From Octopus sinensis (lineage: Eukaryota): DNA of 64,000 nucleotides. Location of the stretch: assembly GCF_006345805.1 (NCBI RefSeq), contig NC_043023.1:20956001-21020000 (forward strand), read 5' to 3'. Under the pieces are notes generated by a model, which saw nothing but the letters and a program-made list of their open reading frames with translations, did no database searches and was not told where the DNA came from. Below are positions 1-14,167 of this stretch, one piece after another. Position 1 is the first letter of the stretch. Each line of letters starts with the position of its first letter. Made by a program: the position numbers and the translations under genes.

Positions 1-1147
1 AAAAACTTCTCGGCTGCCTCTCCAGCCAGGTCACTGAACGATTCGTCGATGCCACCCGACTGCCCCTCGTATATCAAGCCCGAATGTTCCTCCGTGAAGC
101 AGTGGGTTATTTCGTGTGCAATGATATCAAGACTTACTAGCGGCCGATACTCCTTGTCGCCGTCACCGAACGAGAAGTTTCTTCCGTTGTAAAAAGCATT
201 CACTATGTTTTGGCCAAAGTGTACGCGGAGGGCCATTGGCAGCTTTTTCACCGGGGGTATCTTCACCCATTCTTTGTACATATTGTAGACGACATTGCCA
301 TAGAAAATAGCATCGTTTATCGGAGAATAAGCTCCGTTCACTTCATCCTTCGCAGTAGTGTTGCATTTTAAATTATAAATACTTTCTGCTTCATTAGGCA
401 GGAACTCCTCCCCCTTTAGATTCACCACTGTGACGAACTCGTTGCCGAAATAACAATCATCGCCCTCACGTGTCACTTCCAAATATGGTAGTTCTTCTCC
501 GTATCTCAATTTACCTATCAAATTGTTACCCCCGACACCTTTCATTTTGTATTTGTTTTTTGCGGTTTCCAGTGTGTTCCATTTTTTAACAAGCATTCCA
601 TTATTCGCATCGATTAGCATGCAAAATCGATAATTTTTTCCATTAGATACGGCATAATATTGAATTCGATAAACCAAGATGGCTACGTTGTCCTTCACGA
701 AGATCATCAACTGGAGTTTATCGTAGTCTATGCGGGCCCCTTCCATCGAAAATTTTCCGTAGTTGGCAGCTAATAGCATCACTTCCGGCTCGTTCAAAGC
801 TGGTACTGTAGAGTTGATGTCATCGTCAAGGTTCTGAGCCAGTCTTCCGGTCACCTGACCAGTGTACACATCGGTATTGGCGTCCGTCTCCACAGTGAGG
901 CTGGCATCGAATACCGGAAGCCCTCTATAAGTCTCCCCGTACTTTTTGATGATGGTTCCTTGCTCACTCGGTGCCGAGTCCATCAGCGTGACGTCCTCGT
1001 CTTCGGTCAGACCGAATAGGTCACGTGTGGTGATCATGTGACTTGGTTGTCGCTTCATTGTCTCGCTCAAGGTATCCACATTGGACAGGAACACATTCCT
1101 GGCCTGTCGCCATTTTGCTGACGTCACAACGTGGCTCTCCAGGAACG
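1..1147 (-). CDS. Exon 2 (3'-partial) of a secreted M4-family (thermolysin/pseudolysin/vibriolysin-like) zinc metalloprotease preproenzyme
   Basis: Manual translation gives 381 stop-free codons (1145 to 3): FLESHVVTSAKWRQ...KKYGETYRGLPVFDASLTV (FTP-like)...IDANNGMLVKKWNTL (PepSY-like)...GVGGNNLIGKLRYG (mature N-terminus; cf. pseudolysin GPGGNQKIGKYTYG)...EVNGAYSPINDAIFYG...NAFYNGRNFSFGDG...LDIIAHEITHCFTEEHSGLIYEGQSGGIDESFSDLAGEAAEKF. HExxH is at 116-102. Acceptor tttctAG at 1149-1148 is phase 1. Confidence 0.95.
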
Positions 1148-1155
1148 CTAGAAAG

Positions 1156-1371
1156 ATAATAATAATAATGATAATAATAATAAAAATAATAATAATAATA
1201 ATGATAATAATAATAATGATGATGATAATAATAATAATAATGATAATAATAATGATGATGATAATAATAATAATAATAATGATAATAATAATGATAATAA
1301 TAATAATAAAAATAATAATAACCATAATAATAATAATAATAATAATAATAACCATAATAATAATAATAACG

Positions 1372-1409
<38 letters not shown>

Positions 1410-1492
1410 GATAATAATAATAATAACAATAATAATAATAATAATAATAATAAGATAATAATAACAATAATAATAGGCGATAATAATAATAA

Positions 1493-1535
<43 letters not shown>

Positions 1536-1653
1536 GATAATAATAATAATATAAAATAATAATAATAATAATAATAATATAAAGATAATAATAATAATAA
1601 TAATAATAATATAATAATAATGATAATAATAATAAAATATAATAATAATAATA

Positions 1654-1684
<31 letters not shown>

Positions 1685-1686
1685 TA
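1156..1686. repeat. (AAT)n microsatellite
   Basis: Direct reading. Source of the poly-I/Y/L ORFs. Confidence 0.97.
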
Positions 1687-1689
1687 AAA

Positions 1690-4607
<2,918 letters not shown>

Positions 4608-4720
4608 TGATGCATGTGCCTGGTGTACGTTTATCAGACGGGTAGTCATGGTGGGTATATTGGGCTTCGTATATTTTACCCCAGTGTCACTTTGATGGCA
4701 TGAACTGCTCTCTCACACAA
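4608..4720 (+). mobile_element. 3' fragment of the 546-bp (AAT)n-associated non-coding element
   Basis: Matches the 3' end of the full copy at 42874-43419 (...ccagtgtcactttgatggcatgaactgctctctca). Confidence 0.8.
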
Positions 4721-4728
4721 TAATAATA

Positions 4729-5152
4729 GGCGCAGGAGTGGCTGTGTGGTAAGTAGGTTGCTACCCAACCACATGGTTCCGGGTTCTGTCCCATTGCGTG
4801 GCATCTTGGGCAAGTGTCTTCTGCTATAGCCCCGGGCCGACCAATGCCTTGTGAGTGGATTTGGTAGACGGAAACTGAAAGAAGCCTGTCGTATATATGT
4901 ATATATGTATATATATATATATGCATGTGTGTGTATGTGTTTGTGTGTCTGTGTTTGTCTCCCTAGCATTGCTTGACAACCGATGGTGGTATGTTTACGT
5001 CACCGTAACTTAGCGGTTCGGCAAAAGAGATCGATGGAATAAGTACTGGGCTTACAAAGAATAAGTCCCGAGGTCGATTTGCTCGACTAAAGGCGGTGCT
5101 CCAGCATGGCCGCAGTCAAATGACTGAAACAAGTAGAAGAGTAAAGAGAGAG
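4729..5152 (+). mobile_element. tRNA-derived SINE family A
   Basis: A-box TGGCTGTGTGG, B-box-like GGTTCTGTCCC, internal (TA)/(TG) tract, tail ...ggtgctccagcatggccgcagtcaaatgactgaaac + (aagagta)n. More than 15 copies in the window. Confidence 0.9.
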
Positions 5153-5156
5153 TATG

Positions 5157-5229
<73 letters not shown>

Positions 5230-5232
5230 TAA

Positions 5233-5700
5233 TAAAAGATGGGCTACAGCAAATATTCTGCTCAATACCACAGATTTGCTTGTCAGTTGTTTGACCGTAA
5301 CCAGTTGAGCATGTCCCTTGGTGACTGACGATATGTGCATCTCTGATCACGAGCAGAAGTAGTGGGGGAGCATCATAGCCATGTGTTGAGAGGGATTCTT
5401 TGGGGTTTGAATAATTCACCTCTGGAAACATAGGTGTTTCGTTGAATATACTTAATCAACCCTTTTTCAGGGACCTTTTGAGCGGAATGAGTCACTCGAT
5501 CTGAAGAAAATTCTAACTGGGCCCCACTTGCAAGATCATGTGCTGTTTATCTTGATATGAGATCACCATGTCGCGCACATATGGTTGTGATGCACGTGCC
5601 TGGTGTACCCTTATCAGACGGGTAGTCATGATGGGTATACTGGGCTTCGTATGTTTTACCCCAGTGTCACATTGATGGCATGCACCGCTCTCTCACTCAA
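5233..5700 (+). mobile_element. 546-bp (AAT)n-associated element, 5'-truncated
   Basis: Colinear with 42955-43419. AAT tracts on both sides. Confidence 0.85.
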
Positions 5701-5711
5701 TAATAATAATG

Positions 5712-5750
<39 letters not shown>

Positions 5751-6346
5751 TAATAATAATAATTAATTCTCGTTTATTGGCCACAAGGGCTAACAAAAAT
5801 CAAATAAAACATGTAAGGACAAAATACAAGATGAAAGTTACAAAAAGGGTTTTGTCCGTTTGAAAGGTCCCGTGGTAAAAATGCAAGTTAACAACGAAAA
5901 ATATAACAAATAAAACTCCCAATAGGGGGAGGCACTTCGAAAGGTTACTCGTGGAAAAACCCATAAAAACCGCGGAAGCCTGGTCAAAAAGGGGCTAGAG
6001 AGCCCTTTTCTCCTTTTATATTACCTTTTTTTGTTACAGGTGTAACCTCAGAATTGGTCCGTTCATACTGGCCATTCTTCCTATAATAATAATAAGGGTT
6101 AACTACAAACGTAAACAGAATGTATATGAAAAGAAAGAATGGTGATGCAGGGCGGGGAACAGTGTATAAGGAGTGAAAGGAGAACCCTTGCCGAGTATTT
6201 GATAAATAGGGACGAAGATCTGCTGCAATATACCGGGACCCATATTATAATTGATAATTGTAAATGCCATAGGAAGAACGATGGTGGTAATAATAATCAT
6301 TGTGGTTATGGTGGTGACGCAATGTAAACACGTTATTTAGATACAG

Positions 6347-6731
6347 TGGAGGCGCAATGGCCCAGTGATTTAGGGCAGCGGACTCACGGTCATAGGATCG
6401 CGGTTTCGGTTCCCAGACCGGGCGTTGTGAGTGTTTATTGAGCGAAAACACCTAAAAGCTCTACGAGGCTCCGGCAGGGAATGGTGGTGATCCCTGCTGT
6501 ACTCTTTCACCACAACTTTCTCTCACTCTTACTTCCTGTTTCTGTTGTACCTGTACTTCAAAGGGCCGGCCTTGTCACTCTCTGTGTCACGCTGAATATC
6601 CCCGACAACTACGTTAAGGGTACACGTGTCTGTGGAGTACTCAGCCACTTACACGTTAATTTCACGAGCAGGCTGTTCCGTTGATTCGGATCAACCGGAA
6701 CCCTCATCGTCGAAACCGACGGAGTGCTTCC
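6347..6731 (+). mobile_element. tRNA-derived SINE family C
   Basis: Head ggaggcgcaatggcccagtg...ggtttcggttcccagacc. Further copies at 10979-11359 (-), 14165-14549 (-) and 46841-47170 (+). Source of the recurring MVVIPAVLF pseudo-ORF. Confidence 0.88.
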
Positions 6732-6753
6732 AAAAAATTTAGATACATGAAAG

Positions 6754-7628
6754 AGCGGCGAGCTGGCAGAAACGTTAGCACGTCGGGCGAAATGCGTAGC
6801 CGTATTTCGTCTGCCGTTACGTTCTGAGTTCAAATTCCGCCGAGGTCGACTTTCCCTTTCATCCTTTCGGGGTCGATAAATCAAGTACCAGTTATGCACT
6901 GGGGTCGATGTTATCGACTTAATCCGTTTGTCTGTCCTTGTTTGTCCCCTCAGTGTTTAGCGCCTTGTGGGTAGTAAAGAAATAGGTATTTTGTCTGCCG
7001 TTACGTTCTGAGTTCAAATTCCGCCGAGGTCGACTTTGCTTTTCATCCTTTCGGGGTCGATAAATTAAGTACCAATTACACACTTGGGTGGATATAATCG
7101 ACATAATCCGTTTGTCTGTCCTTGTTTGTCCTCTCTGTATTTAGCCCCTTGTGGGTAGTAAAGAAATAGGTATTTCGTCTGTCGTTACGTTCTGAGTTCA
7201 AATTCCGCCGAGGTCGACTTTGCTTTTCATCCTTTCGGGGTCGATAAATTAAGTACCAATTACACACTTGGGTGGATATAATCAACATAATCCGTTTGTC
7301 TGTCCTTGTTTGTCCTCTCTGTATTTAGCCCCTTGTGGGTAGTAAAGAAATAGGTATTTCGTCTGTTTTTACGTTCTGAGTTGAAATTCCGCCGAGGTCG
7401 ACTTTGCCTTTAATCCTTTCAGGGTCGATAAATTAAGTACCAGTTACGCACTGGGGTCGATGTAGTCAACTTAATCCGTTTGTCTGTCCTTGTTTGTCTT
7501 CTCTATGTTTAGCCCAATGTGGGTAGTAAAGAAATAGGTATTTCGTTTGTCTTTACGTTCTGAGTTCAAATTCCGTTGGTTGACTTTGCCTTTAATCCTT
7601 TCAGGGTCGATAAATTAAGTACCAGTTA
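6754..7628 (+). mobile_element. tRNA-derived SINE family B: one head followed by a head-to-tail array of about 5 x 180-bp body units
   Basis: Head ggcgagctggcagaaacgttagc, then repeated gagttcaaattccgccgaggtcgactttgcctttcatcctttcggggtcgataa...cttgtgggtagtaaagaaatagg. Confidence 0.9.
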
Positions 7629-8016
7629 TATCTACGTGAATGATTGTATGAGCTCGCGTACGTGCGCCATACAACCCACACAGAGGCTTTCACATATCTG
7701 TATCTGTTAACGGTAATATTTAATACTTTTTACGCTCGATTTTGTGTCCGTTTCTTTCCGCATCTGATATTTGTTATTGAAATTCTATAAAAATGAAGCC
7801 CTTATCTTGCGGAACAGTACTTAAGAAGATACATTTTGTAACCACCTAAGGAGACACATCTACACGGACAAATGTACCTAAACTAGTAGTGCAGTATCTC
7901 ACCAATGAGGGATCGATGCTAGATAAGTCCAAACAATAGTAGTAATTAATAAACATGCTCGCTTCTTCCATCTCCCGTTTCTCACATTAATCACACACAC
8001 ACACATACACACACAG

Positions 8017-8047
<31 letters not shown>

Positions 8048-8074
8048 TTATGTTTGTCTGTATGTACCAGTGCG

Positions 8075-8425
8075 TATACTCTTTTACTCTTTTACTTGTT
8101 TCAGTCATTTGACTGCGGCCATGCTGGAGCACCGCCTTTAGTCGAGCAAATCCACCCCAAGTTAAGTAGCCCATCCTGCTCAAAAGGTCCCTGAATAAGG
8201 GTTGTTTAAGGATGTTCAACGAAACACCTATGTTTCCAGAGGTGAATTATTCAAACCCAAAAGAATCCCTTTCAACACATGGCTATGATGCTCCCCCACT
8301 ACTTCCGCTTGTGATCAGAGATGCACATATCGCCTGCCACTAAGGGACATGCTCAACTGGTTACGGTCAAACAACTGACAAGCAAATCTGTGGTATGAGC
8401 AGAATATTTGCTGTAGCCCATCTTC

Positions 8426-8491
<66 letters not shown>

Positions 8492-8905
8492 CATACTCTC
8501 TCTTTACTCTTTTACTTGTTTCAGGCATTTGACTGCGGCCATGCTGGAGCACCGCCTTTAGTCGAGCAAATCCACCCCGGGACTTATTCTTTGTAAGCCC
8601 AGTACTTATTCTATCGATCTCTTTTGCCGAACCGCTAAGTGACGGGGACGTAAACACACCAGCATCGGTTGTCAAGCAATGCTAGGGGGACAAACACAGA
8701 CACACAAACATATACACACACACTTATATATATATATACATATATACGACAGGCTTCTTTCAGTTTCCGTCTACCAAATCCACTCACAAGGCATTGGTCG
8801 GCCCGGGGCTATAGTAGAAGACACTTGCCCAAGATGCCACGCAGATGGGACTGAACCCGGAACCATGTGGTTGGTTAGCAAGCTACTTACCACACAGCCA
8901 CTCCT
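8075..8905 (-). mobile_element. Composite: SINE A (8493-8905), (ATT)n, 546-bp-element fragment (8165-8424), SINE A tail
   Basis: Reverse complement of the arrangement at 4729-5500. Confidence 0.8.
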
Positions 8906-10045
8906 CTAAATTAGAGATAGAAACCACTATTATGCAACTCAAACAGTGATAGACATAAACCAAAACATAAAAAACAAATGATATACATTTTTATAAAACA
9001 TATAACTACATCTCAAAAAGTATAAAAATGAATAATCGATATATAATAAATAAAAAAAAAACTAAGTACGTTTCATGGCTACAATTAAATTCTAATCCCA
9101 ATTAAATTTAAATTTAATTGAAATGAATTCAATTTAAAATTATAGTCATCAATCTTCAGGTTAACAATAATAGTTTAATAAATAAATAGATCTCAAAAAG
9201 TATAAAAATGAATAATCGATATATAATAAGTAAAAAAACCTAAGTACGTTTCATGGCTACAATTAAATTCTAATCCCAATTAAATTTAAATTTAATTGAA
9301 ATGAATTCAATTTAAAATTATAGTCATCAATCTTCAGGTTAACAATAATAGTTTAATAAATAAATAGATCTCAAAAAGTATGAAAATGAATAATCGATAT
9401 ATAATAAGTAAAAAAAAAACTAAGTACGTTTCATGGCTACAATTAAATTCTAATCCCAATTAAATTTAAATTTAATTGAAATGAATTCAATTTAAAATTA
9501 TAGTCATCAATCTTCAGGTTAACAATAATAGTTTAATAAATAAATAGATCTCAAAAAGTATGAAAATGAATAACCGATATATAATAAGTAAAAAAAAACT
9601 AAGTACGTTTCATGGCTACAATTAAATTCTAATCCCAATTAAATTTAAATTTAATTGAAATGAATTCAATTTAAAATTATAGTCATCAATCTTCAGGTTA
9701 ACAATAATAGTTAAATAAAGAAGCAAATAGAGTTAAACAATATTTATTTAAAAATAAATAAGATAATAGTTTATTTTTATTATAGGAGAAACTCCATTAA
9801 CTAAATTTGAAACTTAAAACATTAGAATTATTTCCTACAACACATTAATTATGTTAAATATTTAATATTTAAGCTAAAAAAGAAGAGTAAATAGATAGAA
9901 ATATGTATTTATCTGTGAAGATATAATTTAGCTTAAAAAAACACATTAGTAAATTATAGAATATCTTTAACTCAGTTATATTCTAATATTTAATTACCAA
10001 ATTATTTAACAAAGTAATCACTATTAATATTTTCAGATTTTAGTT
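8906..10045 (-). mobile_element. AT-rich Penelope-type terminal-repeat (pLTR-like) non-autonomous element with an internal tandem array
   Basis: Shares its start (aaattagagata.aaaccactatt...aacagtga...cataaacc) and end (ctcagttata) with 25955-26870. Contains 4 x about 179-bp units, each with CTGAAGA...TGAAAC on the minus strand. Confidence 0.6.
9058..9705 (-). ncRNA. Four tandem degenerate type I hammerhead-like motifs (one per about 179-bp unit)
   Basis: Each unit reads gttaac-CTGAAGA-ttg-atgactataatt...aattgtagccat-GAAA-cgtactTA/gtt. Helix II pairs 11/12; helix III ACGTACTT is one change from the palindrome ACGTACGT. Confidence 0.55.
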
Positions 10046-10051
10046 CGCATA

Positions 10052-10214
10052 GGCGCAGGAGTGACTGTGTGGTAAGTAGCTTGCTAACCAACCCCACGGT
10101 TCCGGGTTCAGTCCCACTGTATGGCATCTTGGGGAAGTGTCTTTTGCTATAGCCCCGGGCCGACCAATGTCTTGTGAGTGGATTTGGTAGACGGAAACTG
10201 AAAGAAGCCTGTCG

Positions 10215-10247
<33 letters not shown>

Positions 10248-10425
10248 ATGTGTTTGTGTGTCTGTGTCTGTGCTTGACAACCGATGCTGGTGTGTTTACG
10301 TCCCCGTCACTTAGCGGTTCGGCAAAAGAGACCGATAGAATAAGTACTGGGCTTACAAAGAATAAGTCCCGGAGTCGATTTGCTCGACTAAAGGCGGTGC
10401 TCCAGCTTGGCCGCAGTCAAATGAA
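10052..10425 (+). mobile_element. SINE family A
   Basis: As 4729-5152. Confidence 0.88.
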
Positions 10426-10500
10426 CCGACACGTAAAAGACAAATACAATAATTTGCATTTTAAAAAGTCACTCTTTCTCTTAGTCTTTCTCTCCCACAT

Positions 10501-10535
<35 letters not shown>

Positions 10536-10569
10536 ATTTATCTATCTATCTATCTATCTATCTTTTTTT

Positions 10570-10881
10570 TATGCGCCCTTTTCAAGCCTGGCCAGGCTCA
10601 TGGGCCCGGTTTCCCGGTTTCTGCGGCATATGTGTTCTCCCCAGCTGGACGAGACGCCAGTCCATCTCTGCGTTACTCAAGAAACAGGAAGAGAGAGTGA
10701 GAGAGAGAGAGAGAGTCGTGGTGAAAGAGTACAGCAGGGGTCGCCACCACCCCTTGCAGGAGCATCGTGGAGCTTTAGGTGTTTTCGCTCAATAAATACA
10801 CACAACGCCCGCTCTGGGAATCGAAACCGCGATCCTCCGACCACGATTCCGTTACCCTAAACACTGGGCCATTGCGCCTCC
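10570..10881 (-). mobile_element. SINE with family-C head and a different 3' tail
   Basis: Head nearly identical to 11190-11359; tail reads ...gaaaccgggaaaccgggcccatgagcctggccaggcttgaaaagggcgcataaaa on the minus strand. Confidence 0.75.
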
Positions 10882-10978
10882 AATCTATCTATCTACGCAT
10901 TTGAAAATATAGACACATACATAATTACATACAAGCGCGTGCACAAACGTATGCCTACACAGAGACACACATACAGTG

Positions 10979-11359
10979 GAAGCACTCCGTCGGTTACGAC
11001 GACGAGGGTTCCGGTTGATCCGATCAACGGAACAGCCTGCTCGTGAAATTAACGTGTAAGTGGCTGAGCACTCCACAGACACGTGTACCCTTAACGTAGT
11101 TCTCGGGGGTATTCAGCGTGACACAGAGAGTGACAAGGCCGGCCCTTTGAAATACAGGTACAACAGAAACAGGAAGTAAGAGTGAGAGAAAGTTGTGGTG
11201 AAAGAGTACAGCAGGGATCACCACCATCCCCTGCCGGAGCCTCGTGGAGCTTTTAGGTGTTTTCGCTCAATAAACACTCACAACGCCCGGTCTGGGAATC
11301 GAAACCACGATCCTACGACCACGAGTCCGTTGCCCTAAACACTGGGCCATTGCGCCTCC
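10979..11359 (-). mobile_element. SINE family C flanked by a 92-bp direct repeat
   Basis: Reverse complement of 6347-6731. Flanks 10882-10973 and 11360-11451 differ at about 6 positions. Confidence 0.85.
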
Positions 11360-11456
11360 AATCTATCTATCTACGTATTTGAAAATATAGACACATACAT
11401 AATTACATACAAGAGCATGCACAAACTGATGCATACACAGAGACACACATAAGCGC

Positions 11457-12388
11457 TGGAGTGGCTGTGTGGTAAGTAGCTTGCTTACCAATCACATGGT
11501 TCCGGGTCCAGCCCCACTGCGTGGCATCTTGGGCAAGTGTCTTCTGCTATAGCCCCGGGCCGACCAATGCCTTGTGAATGGATTTGGTAGACGGAAACTG
11601 AAAGAAGCCTGTCGTATATATGTATAATATATATAAGTGTGTGTTGTATATGTTTGTGGTCTGTGTTTGTCCCCCTAGCATTGCTTGACAACCGATGCTG
11701 GTGTGTTTACGTCCCCGTCACTTAGCGGTTCGGCAAAAGAGAATGATAGAATAAGTACTGGGCTACAAAGAATAAGTCCTGGGGTGGATTTGCTCGGCTA
11801 AAGGCGGTGCTCCAGCATGGCCGCAGCAAATGACTGAAACAAGTAAAAAGAAGAGTAAAAAGAGGACCGATAGAATAAGTACTGGGTTTACAAAGACTAA
11901 GTCCCGGGGTCGATTTGCTCGGCAAAGGCGGTGCTCCAGCATGGCCGCAGTCAAATGACTGAAACAAGGAAAAGAGTTAAAGAGTAAAAGAGACCGATAG
12001 AATAAGTACTGGGTTTACAAAGAATAAGTTCCGGGGTCGATTTGCTCGGCTAAAGGCGGTGCTCCAGCATGGCCGCAGTCAAATGACTGAAACAAGTAAA
12101 AGAGTAAAGAGTAAAAGAGACCGATAGAATAAGTACTGGGTTTACAAAGAATAAGTCCGGGGTCGATTTGCTCGGCTAAAGGCGGTGCTCCAGCATGGCC
12201 GCAGTCAAATGACTGAAACAAGTAAAAGAGTAAAGAGTAAAAGAGACCGATAGAATAAGTACTGGGTTTACAAAGAATAAGTTCCGGGGTCGATTTGCTC
12301 GGCTAAAGGCGGTGCTCCAGCATGGCCGCAGTCAAATGACAGAAACAAGTAAAAGAGTAAAAGAGTAAAGAGTAAAGAGTAAAGAGTA
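11457..12388 (+). mobile_element. SINE family A whose 3' part (about 120 bp) is tandemly amplified about 5 times
   Basis: Repeated gagaccgatagaataagtactggg...ccagcatggccgcagtcaaatgactgaaacaagtaaaagag; ends about 40 bp from the M4 exon-1 donor. Confidence 0.88.
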
Positions 12389-12431
12389 TACAAACACAGA
12401 TGCAAACCTAGAAAATGCGTGTTTTACTCAC

Positions 12432-12480
12432 CGAGTAATAAAAGAAAAAGGAAAGGAATCCCAGCGATACAGGCAGCCAT
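12432..12480 (-). CDS. Exon 1 (signal peptide) of the M4 metalloprotease gene
   Basis: ATG at 12480-12478 reads MAACIAGIPFLFLLLL + G, then donor GTGAGT (12431-12426). The phase-1 donor matches the phase-1 acceptor at 1148 and joins to give MAACIAGIPFLFLLLLAFLESHVVTSAKW, a continuous hydrophobic signal peptide. Confidence 0.85.
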
Positions 12481-12647
12481 TATCTTTCTCTCCCTCTCTG
12501 TCACACTGGTCAGTCAGAAGTGGAAAACAGCAGCAATTGGTCAAGTACAGCCACTACGGAGATGAAATAGTGGACTTTCAAACTGGAGACAGCTATAATA
12601 GTAACCGTAGACAAACATCCGAGGCAGCCGAATTTTTAGGTGGTGAA

Positions 12648-12657
12648 CCTTATATGC
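12648..12657 (-). promoter_or_regulatory. Candidate TATA-like box of the M4 gene
   Basis: Minus strand reads GCATATAAGG about 170 nt upstream of the ATG, in non-repetitive sequence with a G-rich tract just upstream. Position and motif only. Confidence 0.4.
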
Positions 12658-13107
12658 AGTTGGCGGTGGGGCAGGGCCACACAATGAGGCCTTTCAGTCT
12701 GTTAGGGAGAGAAAGAGCTACTAGAGATGACACTCTTGCTGTGAGAGTGAGAGTGGACACTCACACTCGTGTTGTGAGACCCTTGATCAAAGTGTGTGCT
12801 TGATACGAGTGGAGCGGTTTACTGATGGACGAAAACAAACGACGGTATCGCTCTCTGCCTGTCCCAACTCGCCTTCTCTACCGCATACTTCCTCCCACCC
12901 CCCGCTCCCTACTTCCATCTACGCTGTCTGTGTGTCGTCGGGCAATCATCTCGTTTCGCCTCGTTAATTAAGTATCATTTAAAATTAGGCAAACATTTTC
13001 TTCACAAGCAAACTATTCATCCCATGTTCTAGAACACGCACCACACACATACCCACACACACACCACACCCAAACACACAAACACACACACACACACACA
13101 AACATAC

Positions 13108-13142
<35 letters not shown>

Positions 13143-13652
13143 CACACACACACAACCTACACACACACACACACACAAACATACACACACGCACAGAAAC
13201 AAAACACGCGCACACCACACATGCAAGTATGTATATAATCATGCACGCTGCATAGTATATATATATATATATATATATGTGTATGTGTGTGTGTGTGTGT
13301 GTGTATGTATATATATATATATATATACATGTATGTATGTATGTATATGTTATAATTATATATATAATTATGATAAAGGCTTGGCTCGCACCTCTCCAGG
13401 CACTGAAAAATTATGTATATAATTATGAAATATTTGTAAAATTTACCTATTAGGTTTTTACCCTGTATTACATATATAAATATATATATATATTAGAAAA
13501 AATGAGGTAATCAGAAGATCGGATGGTTTATATTTACAGATAATTATTTATATATATTTTTTACATATATATCTTATCACTTAGATCATTAGCGCTTTCT
13601 CCCATTCTAGTGTGTTTTTTCAAATCAATATATCTATATATATATATATAAT

Positions 13653-13697
<45 letters not shown>

Positions 13698-13700
<3 letters not shown>

Positions 13701-14098
13701 AGTGTCTGTGTGGTAAGAAGCTTGCTTACCAACCACATGGTTCCGGGTTCAGTCCCACTGCGTGGCATCTTGGGCAAATGTCTTCTACTATAGCCTCGGG
13801 CCGACCAATGCCTTGTGAGTGGATTTGGTAGACGGAAACTGAAAGAAGCCCGTCGTATATATGTATGTATATATGTATGTGTGTGTTTGTGTGTCAGTGT
13901 TTGTCCCCCTAGCATTGCTTCACAACCGATGCTGGTGTGTTTACGTCGCCGTCACATAGCGGTTCGGCAAAAAGAGACCGATAGGATAAGTACTAGGCTT
14001 CCAAAGAATAAGTCCCGGAGTCGATTTACTCGACTAAAGGCGGTTCTCCAGCATGGCCGCAGTCAAATGACTGAAACAAGTAAAAGAGTAAAGAGTAT

Positions 14099-14167
<69 letters not shown>

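Noticed and set aside
1-1147. Bacterial contamination as the source of the M4 ORF
   Set aside because: The ORF has no start of its own. It begins at a splice acceptor abutting a host (AAT)n tract and is completed in phase by a signal-peptide exon 11.3 kb away across host SINEs. Read-level confirmation is still desirable.
6481-6684. Recurrent short ORFs (MVVIPAVLF..., ...[18 protein letters not shown]..., MRNWYLIYRPRKDE...)
   Set aside because: They are reading frames through SINE C, A and B copies, not a gene family.
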